Source: the human T2T-CHM13v2.0 reference genome, Homo sapiens. Taken from it: a stretch of 64,000 bases of DNA. The stretch lies in assembly GCF_009914755.1 (NCBI RefSeq), contig NC_060936.1. One strand, 5' to 3'. The first letter of the stretch is position 1. Each line of letters begins with the position of its first letter. The translations under genes and the position numbers were made by a program. Below are positions 1 to 18,364 of the stretch, piece by piece. A model generated the notes under the pieces. It searched no databases, had not been told where the DNA came from, and worked only from the letters and a program-made list of their open reading frames with translations.

Positions 1-1674
<1,674 letters not shown>

Positions 1675-1967
1675 TGAATTTTCTACACAGATGCCTATAA
1701 GAACAAAGGCATCACCTTGGGGGAGGATACACTGAGGGAGGATTTGGAGAATCCCAAGCAGTACATCCCTGGAGCAAAAATGACCTCTGCTGGCATTAAG
1801 AAGACAGAGACGATAGACTTGATAGCTTATCTCACAAAAGCTACTAATGAGTCATAATTGACCACTTAATAAAACAGAAATATCTCATGATTATTTTTTA
1901 TGTGTATCTCAATTCAATTGATCTCATACACCAGAATTCAGATCATGAATGATTGAAAGAATATTTT

Positions 1968-4217
<2,250 letters not shown>

Positions 4218-5369
4218 TGAAAGAATATTTTCATTGAAAAGTCCTGAATTAACTACGACTGGCTTGTGGGTAAATGAATATGGTAGGTTTTTTGAATTTT
4301 CATAGGAATTCTACTTCAGAAAAGGCTACTACTGTTTTCCCCTCTCCAGATATGATTAGACTTGATTAGTAAGGTTCAACTGTTCACAAAGATGGTGAAT
4401 GCCATCCCAACACCTATTGGAAATTGGTTTTATATTTAGATTTATATAACTCCTTATATGAATATATTTAAATAAATGGGAAACACCTCCACTGTCTCAG
4501 AATGAAACAAGACTTACCTGTGTTATAATTTGTGTTGAGTCGCTTGTTAAAGGCAAGGGCTGAAGATATGGTAACAATGTCTACTTTATATTTTTGGTCC
4601 TAACTATGCCAATCTAATTAGAATTCCCTGTATCAAAAAAATGCTATCTTTCAATTATTGAGAGGCATTTTAGTGTGACTTAATGTCATACCAAATAAAG
4701 AATATTTAACACTTCTCACATTTTATCAATGATCTATAAGATCAGATGCTTTTAAAAGTTAGTGGGAAAAGAAATAGTAGCAAGTTATACTTTTGTAATC
4801 TTTGATATCTAAGTGAGACTAAATTATAATTTAGAATTGTCTTTAAACAGCTATTCAAATACATTTAAAACTGTAGTATTACTGTGTATGTGTAATTGGT
4901 AATGGTGTTTTTTCCAACTCATTAGAAGAATTAAAGTAGAGGAGATATACACAAATTTTTAAAATATGTGTGATTACAAGACTTAAGGTAATTCAAAACA
5001 AAATCACAGACTTTTTAAAAAAGACATATTTAGGAGGAGAAACAGAGAGAAGTATATAGATTCATGATACATTTAGGAAGTAGAAGCTACCAGCCTTAAT
5101 AATTGTGTTGTGGGAACTAGCAGAGAAAAAAAAATGAATGTTTCAAGCATGCTTACAGGTATCTATATTTTTACAACTAGGTGAATGGTGTTCCCATTCA
5201 ATAAGTGAGATAAGAACCTTGAGATAAGAACACTGAGATAAGAACATTTTATTAAAAGGAAAAAGTCTTCCCTTTCAGGAAAGAAAGGTGGTAAAAAATA
5301 GCAAGGGAAGGCTCTTTCTTTGATGATCAGCAAAAAAAAAATTACACACAAAAGTGTATTTTTCAAAAC

Positions 5370-6330
5370 ATCAGAGGAAAATTTGAAAATAAATTCCCTA
5401 AATTTTTATTTAAAGAAGTTAGGAAAGAATAGCAAAATAAAGATAAGAAACGAGAAGTAAATAATTACCTAAGAATATAAATCAATAAAATACAATGCAG
5501 ATATACATAAAAGAAATCAACAGATTCTAAAATAAGTAATTTGAAGTTAATAAGAAAATGTATAAACCCAAGAAAAACTAAAGGAAAAAATACAAATTGC
5601 CAATCTCAGGAATAAAAATGTAACATTATTACAAATCCTTAGGGATGAAAAAGATAAAATACTTAGAACAAATGTGTAACAATAAATTTGATACTTTTGA
5701 TGAAATGGAAAAGGTCAAGGTATTATATCAGACACAAGAAAAATGCTAAGTGTTGTATCTGACACAAAAATAAATTAAGGTCTAAATAATCCTAGGTCTG
5801 TGCAAATGTTAATAGATAAATAGAAACTTTCCCAAAAATAAAAGCCTAGGACCAGATTGTGAATTATTGGAAATCTTTCAGGAAGAAATAAAACTATTCT
5901 TACACAAGCATTTTCAGAAAATACATTACAAACGGAATATTTTCCAATTCATTTCATAGGATTAGCATAAGACTGATTCTAAATGGCTAGCACACTACAA
6001 GAAACAGCATAGGCCAATATCCCTCAGGAACATATTTGCCAAAATGTTCAACATAATAGTTTTAAAATAATCCAATAAAAAAAAGAATATGACTAAGTGG
6101 AGCTTATTTCATGAATATAAGGTTGGTTTTAATTATGAAAATGCATCATTGTATTATACTACATTAAGAGAATAAAAGGGATCAATAAGGCCATGGCATT
6201 GTTATGATCAGAAAAAACCAACAAGAAATAAATTGAACTTCCTTATCTAATAAAGGGCACCACAAAAAACTACATCTAACATGACATTTATTGATGAAAT
6301 AACAAACATTCCCCACTGGGAATTTGACTG
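5370..6330 (+). mobile_element. Old, diverged L1M ORF2 fragments
   Basis: A-rich sequence with degenerate L1 motifs (CCTAGGACCAGATTG, TTTCCAATTCATTTCAT, GGCCAATATCCCTCA, AAGGTTGGTTTT). Confidence 0.7.
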
Positions 6331-6552
6331 TCATCTCATATTGGTAGAGTGGGAGCCATGTGAATAAGTGAGATTATTAGACAGAATATAAACTGAGAAA
6401 GGAAGAGAGCCTAAGATGATTTTTGAGGAATTTCAACACTAAGCTGTAGAAAGAAAAAAGACTGAAAATACCACCCAGAAATGCAGAACAATATACATGA
6501 GACCATAATGTCATATATTCCAAGGAAAGAAAGTGTTTCAAGAAGGAGAGCA

Positions 6553-6860
<308 letters not shown>

Positions 6861-6952
6861 AAGAAGGAGAGCATAGGAGAGCATAGGAGAGCATGAGCAT
6901 GATCTTTATTATTATTTTCTTCTCCCCCACTGCCAGAAACCAAGTTTAGGCC

Positions 6953-7320
6953 TGTATAAGTCATCTCTTGCTGTGTAACAAACCAAAAAATATCTTTATT
7001 ATACAATGATTAAGTATTTACTTTGACCATTGACCATTCACCAGTGAGTTAGTTGGGGTTCAGCTGATTTAGACCGGCTTTTTAGCTGGATAGCAGTAAT
7101 CCGAAGGTCCCATCTGGGTCTGCTTCATTGATCTCTTACTCTCTTTGAGAATGTTGTGTTTTCTTGTTTGTTTGTTTTCTCTCATGTAAACAGCAGAGAT
7201 GCAAAAGGGCAAACAAATATATGATTTACCAAAGCAAATCACATGACTGGGCCCAAAGCCAAGAGGTGAGGTGCATTTTTACTGGAGGGCACTGCAAGGT
7301 CAACTATCAAAAGGCAGATC
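6953..7320. mobile_element. Degenerate MaLR (MLT1-type) LTR
   Basis: TGTATAAGTC...TTGCTGTGTAACAAACC start and GCAAATCACATGACTGGGCCCAAAGCCAAGAG motif. Confidence 0.55.
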
Positions 7321-7445
7321 TGGAGAGGGATAATAGTGATAGTTGTACAACAGTGTGAATATACTTAATGCCATTGACCTGTACACCTAAAAATGGTCAA
7401 AATGTTAACTTTCATGATGTATATTTTACTACATACCAAAAAATA
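7320..7445 (+). mobile_element. L1M 3'-end fragment
   Basis: GTGATAGTTGTACAACAGTGTGAATATACTTAATGCCATTGACCTGTACAC is the typical L1MB 3' terminus. Confidence 0.7.
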
Positions 7446-7985
7446 AGTCAACATTGACAGTAAGCAGGAAATTCCATCCTTTGCAGCTATTTAAACTAAG
7501 GACAAAACCTTTCTTAGATGCCAACATCAGTGTATGAGCAGGTACCTAGTTTCACAAAATAGCTTTGCAAGGGTGGAGGAAAAGTACCTACATATAAAAG
7601 CAAGAAGCCAGTAAATTAGATCATGGAGAATCTTGAACCTGTGAAAGAAAATGAAATAAAATTTTACTAAATAGCAGTTGGAGAGGTCATGAGAGGAAAG
7701 ATAAACCACAAAATGTTTCCATAGACTTGAATAAACAACTGAAGTCACTGTTCATCATCTTTCAACATCTCTCAGTTGGGGGTAACCTCATCAACTAACC
7801 AGTAAGAACAGTTTTGCAATTTAGGATTTTTGCCAAGCCCATGAACTGCCTCTGAAAACACTTTTGTGGAAATCCCCTATGAAAAACATCTCCTACACTT
7901 GCCTTAGAAGTCCTAAGAGGTTGAGACTGGATCCAAATATCACTGCCTGGAGGACCCAGCTGGGAAACCAGAAAAGAATCATGCT

Positions 7986-8337
<352 letters not shown>

Positions 8338-10053
8338 TTACATCATCACTGTACATCTCTACATCATCTTGGCTACTCTAATGTCATCACAATGGCTCCA
8401 AGGCATCACAGCTCCTCTTTCAGCTTTTTGTAGCTGTAAGGATTACCTAAACAGGATTGCCACATCTTTCTAGAACCCTCTGAGAATCCAGTGAAAAGCT
8501 CTATGCTTGCTCCCTGAGAAAAGCATACAGCATTGTGCAACAAGTTCTGGGTGACCGCACAAGTGAAAGTTAAGAGCCGACGCATTAAAGTAGCTGAAAT
8601 GGGGGACCTCTAGAAGGTTAAAGGACCAAAGGAAGTTTGAGCACCAGCCTGTACCCCATCCACCCTTGCCCAAGCCAACCATGGCTGCCCAAGCAGTCCT
8701 AATGGTGACTTCTGCGGGCCCTAGACATTTTCCCTTAGTGGGCCCCTTCCTCCATATAAAAATTTTACTTTACAACTGATTGGTGTAATGAGGAATATAC
8801 CAATATTATCTGCTAAAACATTTTTTTCAACCTAAAATAAATAGCACAGGGCATAGGTATTGGAGGGAGTGGGAAATTGTGCCAGTAACTGAATCTACCA
8901 AAAGGCCCTATTATCTGGGCTATTTTGTTAGTGTCATCTAAAGTAAGACTACAACCAGAGGCTTTTAATTACACTGTGCTTGTCTGAAAATCCCTAAATT
9001 GCCTCCAGTAGTCACAGATACATTTTGAGGGATTTGTTATGCAGTAGTCACCATGCCTGGTGCCACATTAGGTTGCCACCATGGGCATAGCTGATAAAGT
9101 CAGCAATGGCCATCCATCCTAAAGATAGTGTGAAATGATCCAAGAGGCTGACAGTCTGTTTAACAGAAGCACTCTGTACTGGATAATGACTGATTAATTC
9201 AACCAAATTAATTGTCTTGTGAGAGTTTTAATTTGAGATGGAAAGAGGGGCTGGATCATACCCATGCAGATTAATAAAATTGTTATTAGGTCTTCAGACC
9301 TTCTCTCAAGAAAAAATGTAACTACTGTTACAATCTTAACAGCAGTGAATGACACTTCAGGTCTCCATGTGGGTTGGCTGTGCTGTTACTGAGAATTTTT
9401 CCTGTCCTTAGGTACATGTCTTAACCAAACTCATACTTCTCCAATCTATCTTCTAATTTTCTGCTAGATTAATTTTTCTTAAATTAAATGTTTTATCACT
9501 CACAGGACAAAATACACACTCTTTCTATATTTTAAAGAAAAGGAACCTCAGATTATTGTGACCCTTAAAGAATTTCCTGAACAACATACAGATTATAATG
9601 TGATGTTATTTATAAAATATCTCTAGTTTATAAACTTGAAAATCAACATGCAATTCTATCAGGCTGAAAAATCTATTATAGACTTTAGTACAAAGTGGAT
9701 TGTTTTTTAATTTTCCCCGTTAGGTAAGATCATGTACTCAAGTAATACATTATTGTAAAGGATCATGCACTGGTTACACTTCAATTTGAGCTCACAATAA
9801 ATTTATTTTTAACATAAATAAACATTAAGAATTTAAATTTAAATGTATTGTAGATGATAAATTTGTACAGAACAGTCAAAAGTAAGATATGGTACTGACA
9901 GAAAAAAGAAAAGTAAATATTGTTCTTTGATTGTAAAGCTACCAGGCCTGACCAAAACTTCATCCCTTTTTCAGTACATGTAAACAGCATTCCTTTTAGA
10001 AGTATCTGTGATTGACTAAACTGGCATGAAAACTATTATGTTACTGCATATAC

Positions 10054-10056
<3 letters not shown>

Positions 10057-10087
<31 letters not shown>
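10057..10087. repeat. (TG)n microsatellite
   Basis: About 15 perfect TG units. Confidence 0.95.
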
Positions 10088-10088
<1 letters not shown>

Positions 10089-12419
10089 TGTATGCAGAAA
10101 CTTTAAACAAATACTAGCACTTGTAAGTTGACATTCTCTTACAGTTTTGTAGGACTTTATGAATGATTCATGATTTTGTGCCCACATATTTTTTATTATT
10201 AATATAACTTGATTATTTAATTATTATGTTACCTATTACTTTGACAATAAAAACAAAATAGGCCCATTTAGAGAAATGTCTTTTATGAAAATTTGAAATG
10301 GGTCATTGGATTCTTATTTACAGTGGTGTCATTTAAACTTACGTTTCAATCTTTTTAATTAAAAAGAAAGCAGCCCTATCTGCTATATGACAAATCAAGA
10401 CAGTTATCAGCTTTGTATTTATTCTATCTCTATTTGATGCTAAAGGTAATGTGTTACTGACTCAAGTATCCCTTACAGTATTTCCTAATTTTTCTTCTAA
10501 AAGTATTTCAACCTCCTTGGTTTAGTCCGAGCTTCTTATCAAGGTATTCTATCAAACTCTTCATAAGCAGGCAAAAGCCTTTCTTTCCAGGCACAACAAT
10601 AAATCTTTTATTGCAACAAATTTTCTGGCACGATGCAAAATATAAAAATTCGATATTTCCACCTTTTTCCTTCTTTCTGAAAGTGCCTCTCTTCAGTTGT
10701 CAAAAATAATTTCAAAGTCTCATTTTTAATATTCAAATATCCCAATCTCTGTGGTGACTTCCCTGAATATTATCTAACACATTGCTTGCTTAGAGTTCCC
10801 ATGCTGAGAATCATTAGCTATGGAGTCATCATGTTCAGTTGTGCAGTTTGTACACTGCACAAAAGTAGCGAAGGGCAAGAAAGATAACATAAATCCAACC
10901 TGTATTCCATTCGCCAAGCCTGTATCCTGGCATCGGCCTGAATCCTCCAGGGGAAAAAAGGGGGAGGATGAGGTCACCTCTTTTATATTTCAAAATACCA
11001 TCAGTTTTCTAAACCATTTAGTGATAGGACTATTTCTGTTTGGAGGAAGAGCTTGTTCTAATTGATGCACTCAGAGAGTAGTTCCTTCTAATTCACACTC
11101 AGTTCTTAGACTAGCTGCAACCCTCACTAACTATAGTATCTCATAGTTACCTCTATATACAACATTTTTCTTGGGCAAATTGTGACATGAGGAAAAACTA
11201 GATACTTATTGAACTGTAAATAAATATTTACCCAGTAACTACCCTAGAATCTAGCACATAGAAGATTCTCAGTAAGTGGCAGGTATTCAATGCATTATTC
11301 CTCCAGAGGACAAAACTGGGGAGAAGCTTGTATCAAATTTGAGATCCAGAAATGAAACTCTACTATCAGCATTCTTAGCATATTTAGTTGGTTATGATTT
11401 AAAATTACTTATCATTATTTTCAAATTGATTATTATATCAATTCATATAAATGGCTAGGATGCCTTTGAATTCAGAAAATATCTACTCCAAAATAAAATT
11501 GATTTGTTTTAATTATATATACAGAATTCATGGGATAAAATTTCCTTATTAATTTCTTCACAGGGAGGACAAATGCCTCATTAATTTTAAACATATCAAT
11601 CTAAGAACACATCAAATAGAATAATGACTGACATTATCAGAAACATAATACACTGCATACCAAAATCAAATTGCTTGTTATTCACCCAGAACAAATACAC
11701 ACCTTTATTTGTGCTTTGTAAGCCTCAAGAGGAGAAATTCAATTGGTATTTAAACTAAAATGGAGGCTGAGAGATAGGCTAGGAGATATTATGTGGTGAG
11801 ACTACCATTCTATTATTAACAATAATACCTTAATGTGTCATAGTAATGTGTACTATATATGTAAGGATCTCTCTTGTAAAAATACTCTTTTATATTAGGA
11901 AATTGTTTAATACAGATATGTCTTTATATCTAACTCCTAGTTTGAGTCAATACCAATGTAAAATGCAGTTCATACACTACAGATGGATTCTGCTTTATCT
12001 GAAAATGTGTAACTGTTTTCCCACTGTTGGTTTCTGTGATTTTGTCTGTGTTAATGGGGTTTTAACCATGACTGCACTTACTTATTCATTTCAATACTCA
12101 CGAATCTTGAGCACCAAGGGAAATGTTAGGACATTAGCAAACAGAACCCATGGGGAATTTTTATGTATAGGGAAATCCACATTCGAATATTTTTAAGACT
12201 GTTAGCTGCAGCTTTGTTTATTAGAGAGAAAGTAAAAGGAATTAATGATGCTGACATACATTTCACTTCCCCTACTTTTCCAAACAAAACTTATAAAAGT
12301 CACTATGTTTATTATACCTGGTTCAATCCAGGTGTAAAATACGTCTTTACTCCAAAATTAGTTCAGATTTTTAGGTTTGAAGAAGGGAATGCCTTTTTTT
12401 TTTTGCTTAAGTCCATTTA

Positions 12420-13100
12420 TTTATTAAGCAAAATTACTTGGAATCTATTATAACTGATACTGTGTTGTGTGCAATAGCACAAAGATTATTCAGACACACC
12501 TTGTGCCTCTTACAGGACACAAAGCTGAGTAAAAATCAGCTTTAGAGTCCCTACTCTAAAGAGTTTACAGTCCAGTAGGGAAGACAGGCATATAAAAATA
12601 ATTATCACAAATATTGTAAGCGGAGCAATCATAACATGCACAATATATTTCAGGACCTTGGAGAGCCTGGAAGCTTTAGGAAGGTCTTTCCAAGGAAAGT
12701 GGTGCTTGTGATTTCTCACTAACAGTTATACAAGTCAATGGGTGAGGAAGTAGCATGGAAGTCCATTTCATAGAATACGGCAATGAATTATCATTGGGGG
12801 AAAATGAGGCCAGAGAGGACACAGAGCTCACATCAGGAAGGGATCAGGTATTCAGCAGGTGACTGGCATGATCAATGTGTGAATGAATGGAGGGCAGACA
12901 TGAAGGGGCACAAGACCAAAAGCAGAGAAACCAGTTGGAGGACTTGAGTAATTTGTTTAAGAGAGAGACAATGAGGGTCTGACCACGTTGGAGTGGTAAA
13001 GACAAAGAAGAGAACACATATGCAGGTCAATTATCTGGATGTTTTGGTTTATTGGAGTGAAAAAAAAGGAGGTGAGAAGATGGGAAAGGGAATAGATAAT
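12420..13100 (+). mobile_element. L2 LINE fragments
   Basis: GAGTTTACAGTCCAGTAGGGAAGACAG, GCAGAGAAACCAGTTGGAGG and GAGAGACAATGAGGGTCTG are L2 3' motifs. Confidence 0.6.
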
Positions 13101-13184
13101 GAGAAAAATTGAACAGAAACTCAGTTATAGAAATGTCAATAGCTGACTATTTTAAACAATCTAGTCTGTTTAAAATAGTTTAAA

Positions 13185-13555
13185 ATAGCTGTGCCTTACT
13201 CCCTCTGGGTGAATTATCCATTACAAACTGTGGACACTCGCTTTTGCCCTGTGACTTGTTTTAGCCAATGAAATGGGAACAGAAGTGAAATGGCCACTTC
13301 TAAGAAGAAATTTTAAGAAAAATTGCAAGGTTCTTCTGGGTTCTATTTTACCTCAAATATAATAAGATCAACAATGTCTCAGATAGGGGCTATTCCTTTA
13401 GCCAATGTTTCACATGAGGGCTCTGACTGAAGACAATGTATGGAGCACAGTCTTGCAGCAGAGCTGCTGCTGGCCCAAAATGCACATGTAGCATAAGAAA
13501 GAAAGAACCATTTGTGGTCATAAACCGTTGCCATTTGTGGGATGTTTATTTTTAA
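13185..13555. mobile_element. MLT1-type MaLR LTR
   Basis: CCTGTGACTTGTTTTAGCCAATGAAATG...GAAGTG..GGCCACTTC, ACATGTAGCATAAG...TTTGTGGGATGTTT. Confidence 0.65.
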
Positions 13556-14191
13556 GCATCTTTTGTCTCATTAATTCAACAGCTAACCTAATATTAGTCT
13601 AAGAATAGGTAACTGCCTAAATAACTTATTGAGGTGTAAATGAGGTGAATTTGATGGGAGCTTCGAGTACATAAGTGGTGATAAAAGGAGCCAAATTGTA
13701 AATCATCATGAGACATATACAAAGTATAGTAGCTAATTTAACTCAAGTAACTGCAATAATTTTTTTTTTTTTTTTGCCTTGAATCCAAAGAGTAAGCTTA
13801 GGATCCAAAAAGAAAGGGTTTTATTTTCCGTTATAGCACTGGAGTTTAATGAGCAGCAGCAAAGTGGCTAAAGGACAGCAAAAACCTACAGTAGGTCTTC
13901 TGAGAAATGTTGAACTGTCTTAAAGAAGATTCTGCAACTTGGATAAAGGCAGAACACAAAGCCCAGGTGGATACCCATTAATGGTGAAAATATGCTTAAG
14001 TAATTTCATTTCAAGAGGCTGCACCTGCAATCCACTGAACATTTACATATATACATATATCCGAATATTCCCCAAAATACAACTAAAGATACTCTGGCAT
14101 TTTTAAACTGCCAAATGGCAGAAGCTACATTGCAGTAAATGAAATGAGAGGTGTCCATAGAGAATGAATAAATGTAAAAATCATTGAATAT

Positions 14192-14436
14192 ACACTTGAC
14201 CCTTGAAAACCAAAGGTTTGAACTGTGCAGGTCTATTTATATGTGGATTTTTTTTTCAACCTAACATGCATGGAAAATGAAATATTCATGGGATATGAAG
14301 CTAGCATATTTAGAAGGCTGACTTTTTCTATAGGTGGTTCCACAGGACAGAATTCTGTGGGATTTTAGTATGCGGGGAATTTGGTGATTAAGGGGTGGTC
14401 TTGGAATCAATCTGCCATGTGTACTCAGGGATTGTA
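14192..14436 (+). mobile_element. MER8/Tigger2-family DNA transposon MITE
   Basis: Starts TACACTTGACCCTTGAAAACCAAAGGTTTGAACTGTGCAGGTC and ends TTGGAATCAATCTGCC...CAGGGATTGTA. Confidence 0.75.
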
Positions 14437-14615
14437 TCCTTTCAAGGACAGTTTCCACTTCTTTCTGCTTCATACTTCTGTGTAGTAGCAATAAACATTT
14501 ATCCAAGATAGAATGGAGACTTTTTTGATATTTGAAAATTAATAAAATATATGTTACCTATACCTTTGCTTAGGAGGCTACCTGAAGATGGTGCTTTAAA
14601 AAAAAGAATTAAGTT

Positions 14616-15442
14616 TGCAACGAACATATGCATGCATGCATCTTTATAATAGAAAGATTTATATTCTTTTGGGTATATACCCAGTAATGGGATTGCTGGG
14701 TTGAATGGTATTTCTGTGTTAGGTCTTTGAGGAATCACCACACTGTCTTACACAATGGTTGAACTAATTTACACTTCCACCAACAATGTATAAGTGTTCC
14801 TTTTCCTCCACAGCCTCGTCAGCACCTATTATTTTTTGACTTTTTAAAAATAGCTATTCTGACAGGTGTGAGATGGTATCTCATTATGGTTTTGATTTGC
14901 CTTTCTCTAATCATCAGTGATGTTGAGCTTTTTTTCATATGATTGTTGGCTGCATGTATTTCCTCTTTTGCAAAGTGTCTATTGCACCATTATTCACAAA
15001 AGCAAAGACATGGAATCAACTTAAATACCCATTAATGATAGACTGGATAAAGAAAATGTGGTACACATACACCATGGAAAACTATGCAGCTATAAAAAAA
15101 TGAAATCATTTCCTTTGCAGGAACATGGGTGGAGCCAGAGGCCATTATCCTTAGCAAACTAATGCAGGAACAACAACAAAAAATACTGCATACTCTCACT
15201 TGTAAGTGGGAGCAAAATAATGAGAACACATGGACACATAGAGGACAACAACAGATACACCGTATTAGAGGGTGGAAGGTGGGAGGAGAGAGTGGATCAG
15301 GAAAAATAACTAATGGGTACTAGACTTAATACCTGGGTGATGAAATAATCTATACAACAAACTCCCATGACACAAGTTCATCTATGTAACAAACCTGCAC
15401 ATGCGCCTTTGAACCTAAAATAAAAGTTAAAAAAAAAAAAAG
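14616..15442 (+). mobile_element. L1PA13-like 3' fragment with 5' inversion (14616-~14982 minus, ~14981-15442 plus)
   Basis: The minus part encodes PFNPAIPLLGIYPKEYKSFYYKDAC. The plus part runs from ATTGCACCATTATTCAC through the 3'UTR and A tail. The two parts meet at the same TTGCA in L1 coordinates. Confidence 0.85.
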
Positions 15443-16689
15443 AACTGGACTGAAAATGAGGAAGATGTGGAAGCCAGAAGAAAACAAAAATTAAAAACTA
15501 TCCAGTAAAGCAGTGAGGGAAATGAATAGGAGCTATGTGACAGTACTATAGTGTTGGTTGTAGCAGAAGGGACTGAGAGCTTGGGAGGAAAGGGTTCTGG
15601 TTAGGATTTCTAACTTAGTAGAGAGATGTAAGAAAAATCACAGTATAGAATAAACACAAATAGGGTAAGGAAAAATAAAGGCAATTAAAATTAAGAAAAA
15701 TACAAATAAGGAATTAAATTCATGATACATTACCTGGTTCTGCAAGCAAATAATATTTACATAGCAACAAAATATTAACATAGCTTACTTATTTTCTTTT
15801 TATAATTTTGAGAATTTAAAACATATATAGAAGTACAAATATAACAAACACACATTGCTGCACCACAAATTTTGCCGTATCTATCTCCAAGTGTTCTATT
15901 GTATGAAAAAAATTTTATGGAAGAAATTGAAATACTCATTGATCCTTATATTGCCTTTCCTCATTTTGAGAAACTGCTACTACCATAAATCTATGTATCT
16001 TTTGAAAGTTTATAGTTTATATATTTGTTTATAGATTTTTAAAACTGTTACATACACATACTTATTCTTTACCAATGCAAGCTTTTCACCTTTAATGCTG
16101 TGTGTGTGCCTGTGTATGCATTTGAGTGAAAAGTCTTGCATTCTACAAGATGGCAGTCTGTGCAAATACCACTCCAAAAAAATAGGGCTTATGGGGAAAA
16201 CAGACCTGGGAGAAACAACTGAAAATCCATACAACTTTATAATCAGAGCACCAACAAAAGCAATAATTTTAATTTAAAAAATTAGCTCAATTAAAAATAT
16301 TCCCAGTTATTACTTTAAAATAAAAAGTAGCTTGATAAAAGAGGATGCAAGAGAAGTTTGAGGCTGCTGAGTTAAGAGAGACAAGGGCAAAATGAAAAAA
16401 AATGAACAAAGATTAGAAAATACTGCACCATCAGCTTTGCAAAGACAGAACAGGTGGCCAAATTAGGCCAAGAGAAGACCACAGAGAGGAAGAATATCAG
16501 AAAAAAGTACTACACTATATTGATTTCTATGTAGTTGGCTCTGGCTGTATTAGTAGACTTCGAATCAGCCACTGTCAAATGCTGGCACAAAATGTCAACA
16601 TGTTGGGGGAAGCAGCACTAATGAATTGCTGCAACATACTGTTTTCTTAGTCACCAGTTATATATGTGCTAATTGGCATGACAAGAAAC

Positions 16690-18120
16690 ATGAATTGCAG
16701 CTGAACATACTACATACAGTATTATTATGTCTGTATGTCATTTGCATAAAAACATCACACTGCAAAATAACCACCACTCACTTCACTTACCTTTTTTGCT
16801 CAACAATATGTTCTTGAGATTTATTCACAGTCATAGATATATAGTTAATTCATTCCTTTCAACTACTGAGTATTATCCATTCATCTGAATTGTTCTGACA
16901 GTCTCTATTTTAATATGTGAATTTAAACTTCTGCATTTATAATTATAAATATATTTCTAATTATTTACAATAATTTGGCCTTTATTACACTCTTTCTGAT
17001 CCCTTTTTTTAATTTTCCTGGATGTACATGATTTTGTTTTAACGGTTTAGTAATATGTATATAGTTTCTATTCTTTCATATTTGCTCCACTCTCTTCATG
17101 GTTTATAAATAATGTCTAAAATTAATCATTGCTCATCCCCTACCAGCAAAAGATAAGGAACCTTAACATAATGGAACTTTTCCTTAATCTCCTCTACACA
17201 TTATTTCATTTTATTCTTATCTAGAATTTTCTATTCTAATCTAAATTTGTTCATATTACTACTGCATTTACTCTCACAGTAAGTAAATATTTAGGTTTGA
17301 CATTTATTCTATTATTTTATTTGCAGGCTGTTGTTTTATGCTTTTTACCAAAATCATGTAGCTTTTTTTCAGGGATGGTCTATGGAAGTAAACTCCTACA
17401 GCCTTTGTATATCTTTATTTTACTGTCACTTCTGAATAATGATTTAATTGGGAATATAATTCTAGGTTGAGAGTCATTTTCCTTCAGCTCTTTCTTTTCA
17501 TGTATGTATTTCTGTGGATGAGAAGCCTTCTGTCAACTTAATCTTCCTTCCTTTATAAGTTATCTTCATATTTACTTATTTCTTTTAAGATTTTCTTATC
17601 ATTGATGTTACACAATTTCTTTCACTGTGTGTAAATTTATTATTTATCCTATTCAGATCTCAGTAAACATTTTCAATCTAGAGTTAAACATTTGTTTCTG
17701 GAAACAAGAAATTATTTCTTCAATTATTTATTTTCCCTCATCCTAAAAAGTACTTTTGAAAAATGCCTAGTAAGCATACATTTATCAGTCTCTTTTCTGA
17801 TCTTAACTTCTCTTTCATATGTTGCATTTCTTTGTACTGTTTCTGTATGGTTTGCTTTGTTATACAATTAAATATACCATTTCTCTTTAAATAAGTGTAG
17901 TTTACCATTCATCTCTTATATTGGTCACCCTCTTGTCCTGTAAGCAAAGAGTATATTTTTTATTTCCCAGACTTATTTAATTTCCTTCACCCATCTGCAG
18001 ACCCTTGTTTGGTAACTTTCTGTTATTGTTGCAGGGACATTTTATCTCTTTAAGAACTACATACATATTAATTCTAATGTCTTTTAAATATAGTTTCACC
18101 CTGCAACCTTTAATTATCAT
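16690..18120 (-). mobile_element. Old L1ME-type fragments
   Basis: T-rich with degenerate L1M motifs (AATATAATTCTAGGTTGAGAGTCATTTTCCTTCAGC, GATGAGAAGCCTTCTGTCAAC). Confidence 0.6.
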
Positions 18121-18147
18121 GTCTAGTTTCTATGCAGACTTTTGCAT

Positions 18148-18364
18148 TATATATATATACACATAGACATACATATATATGTGTATATATACACAGACAT
18201 ACATATATGTGTGTGTATATATACACATACACATACATATATGTGTGTGTATATATACACATACACATACATATGTGTGTGTATATGTACACATACACAT
18301 ACATATATGTGTGTGTATATATACACACACACATACATATATATGTGTGTGTATATATATATAC
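18148..18364. repeat. Compound (TA/CA/TG) minisatellite, ~34-bp self-complementary unit, ~6 copies
   Basis: Unit is about TATATATACACATACACATACATATATGTGTGTG; near-continuous purine-pyrimidine alternation. Confidence 0.9.

Noticed and set aside
10470-10762. Exon-like minus-strand block (CAG acceptor, GTAAGG donor)
   Set aside because: Weak polypyrimidine tract, stops in all frames and no recognisable motif; it lies downstream of the putative last exon.
13146-13179. 13-bp perfect inverted repeat (ACTATTTTAAACA / TGTTTAAAATAGT)
   Set aside because: Short and AT-rich; compatible with a local template switch or chance, with no evidence of function.
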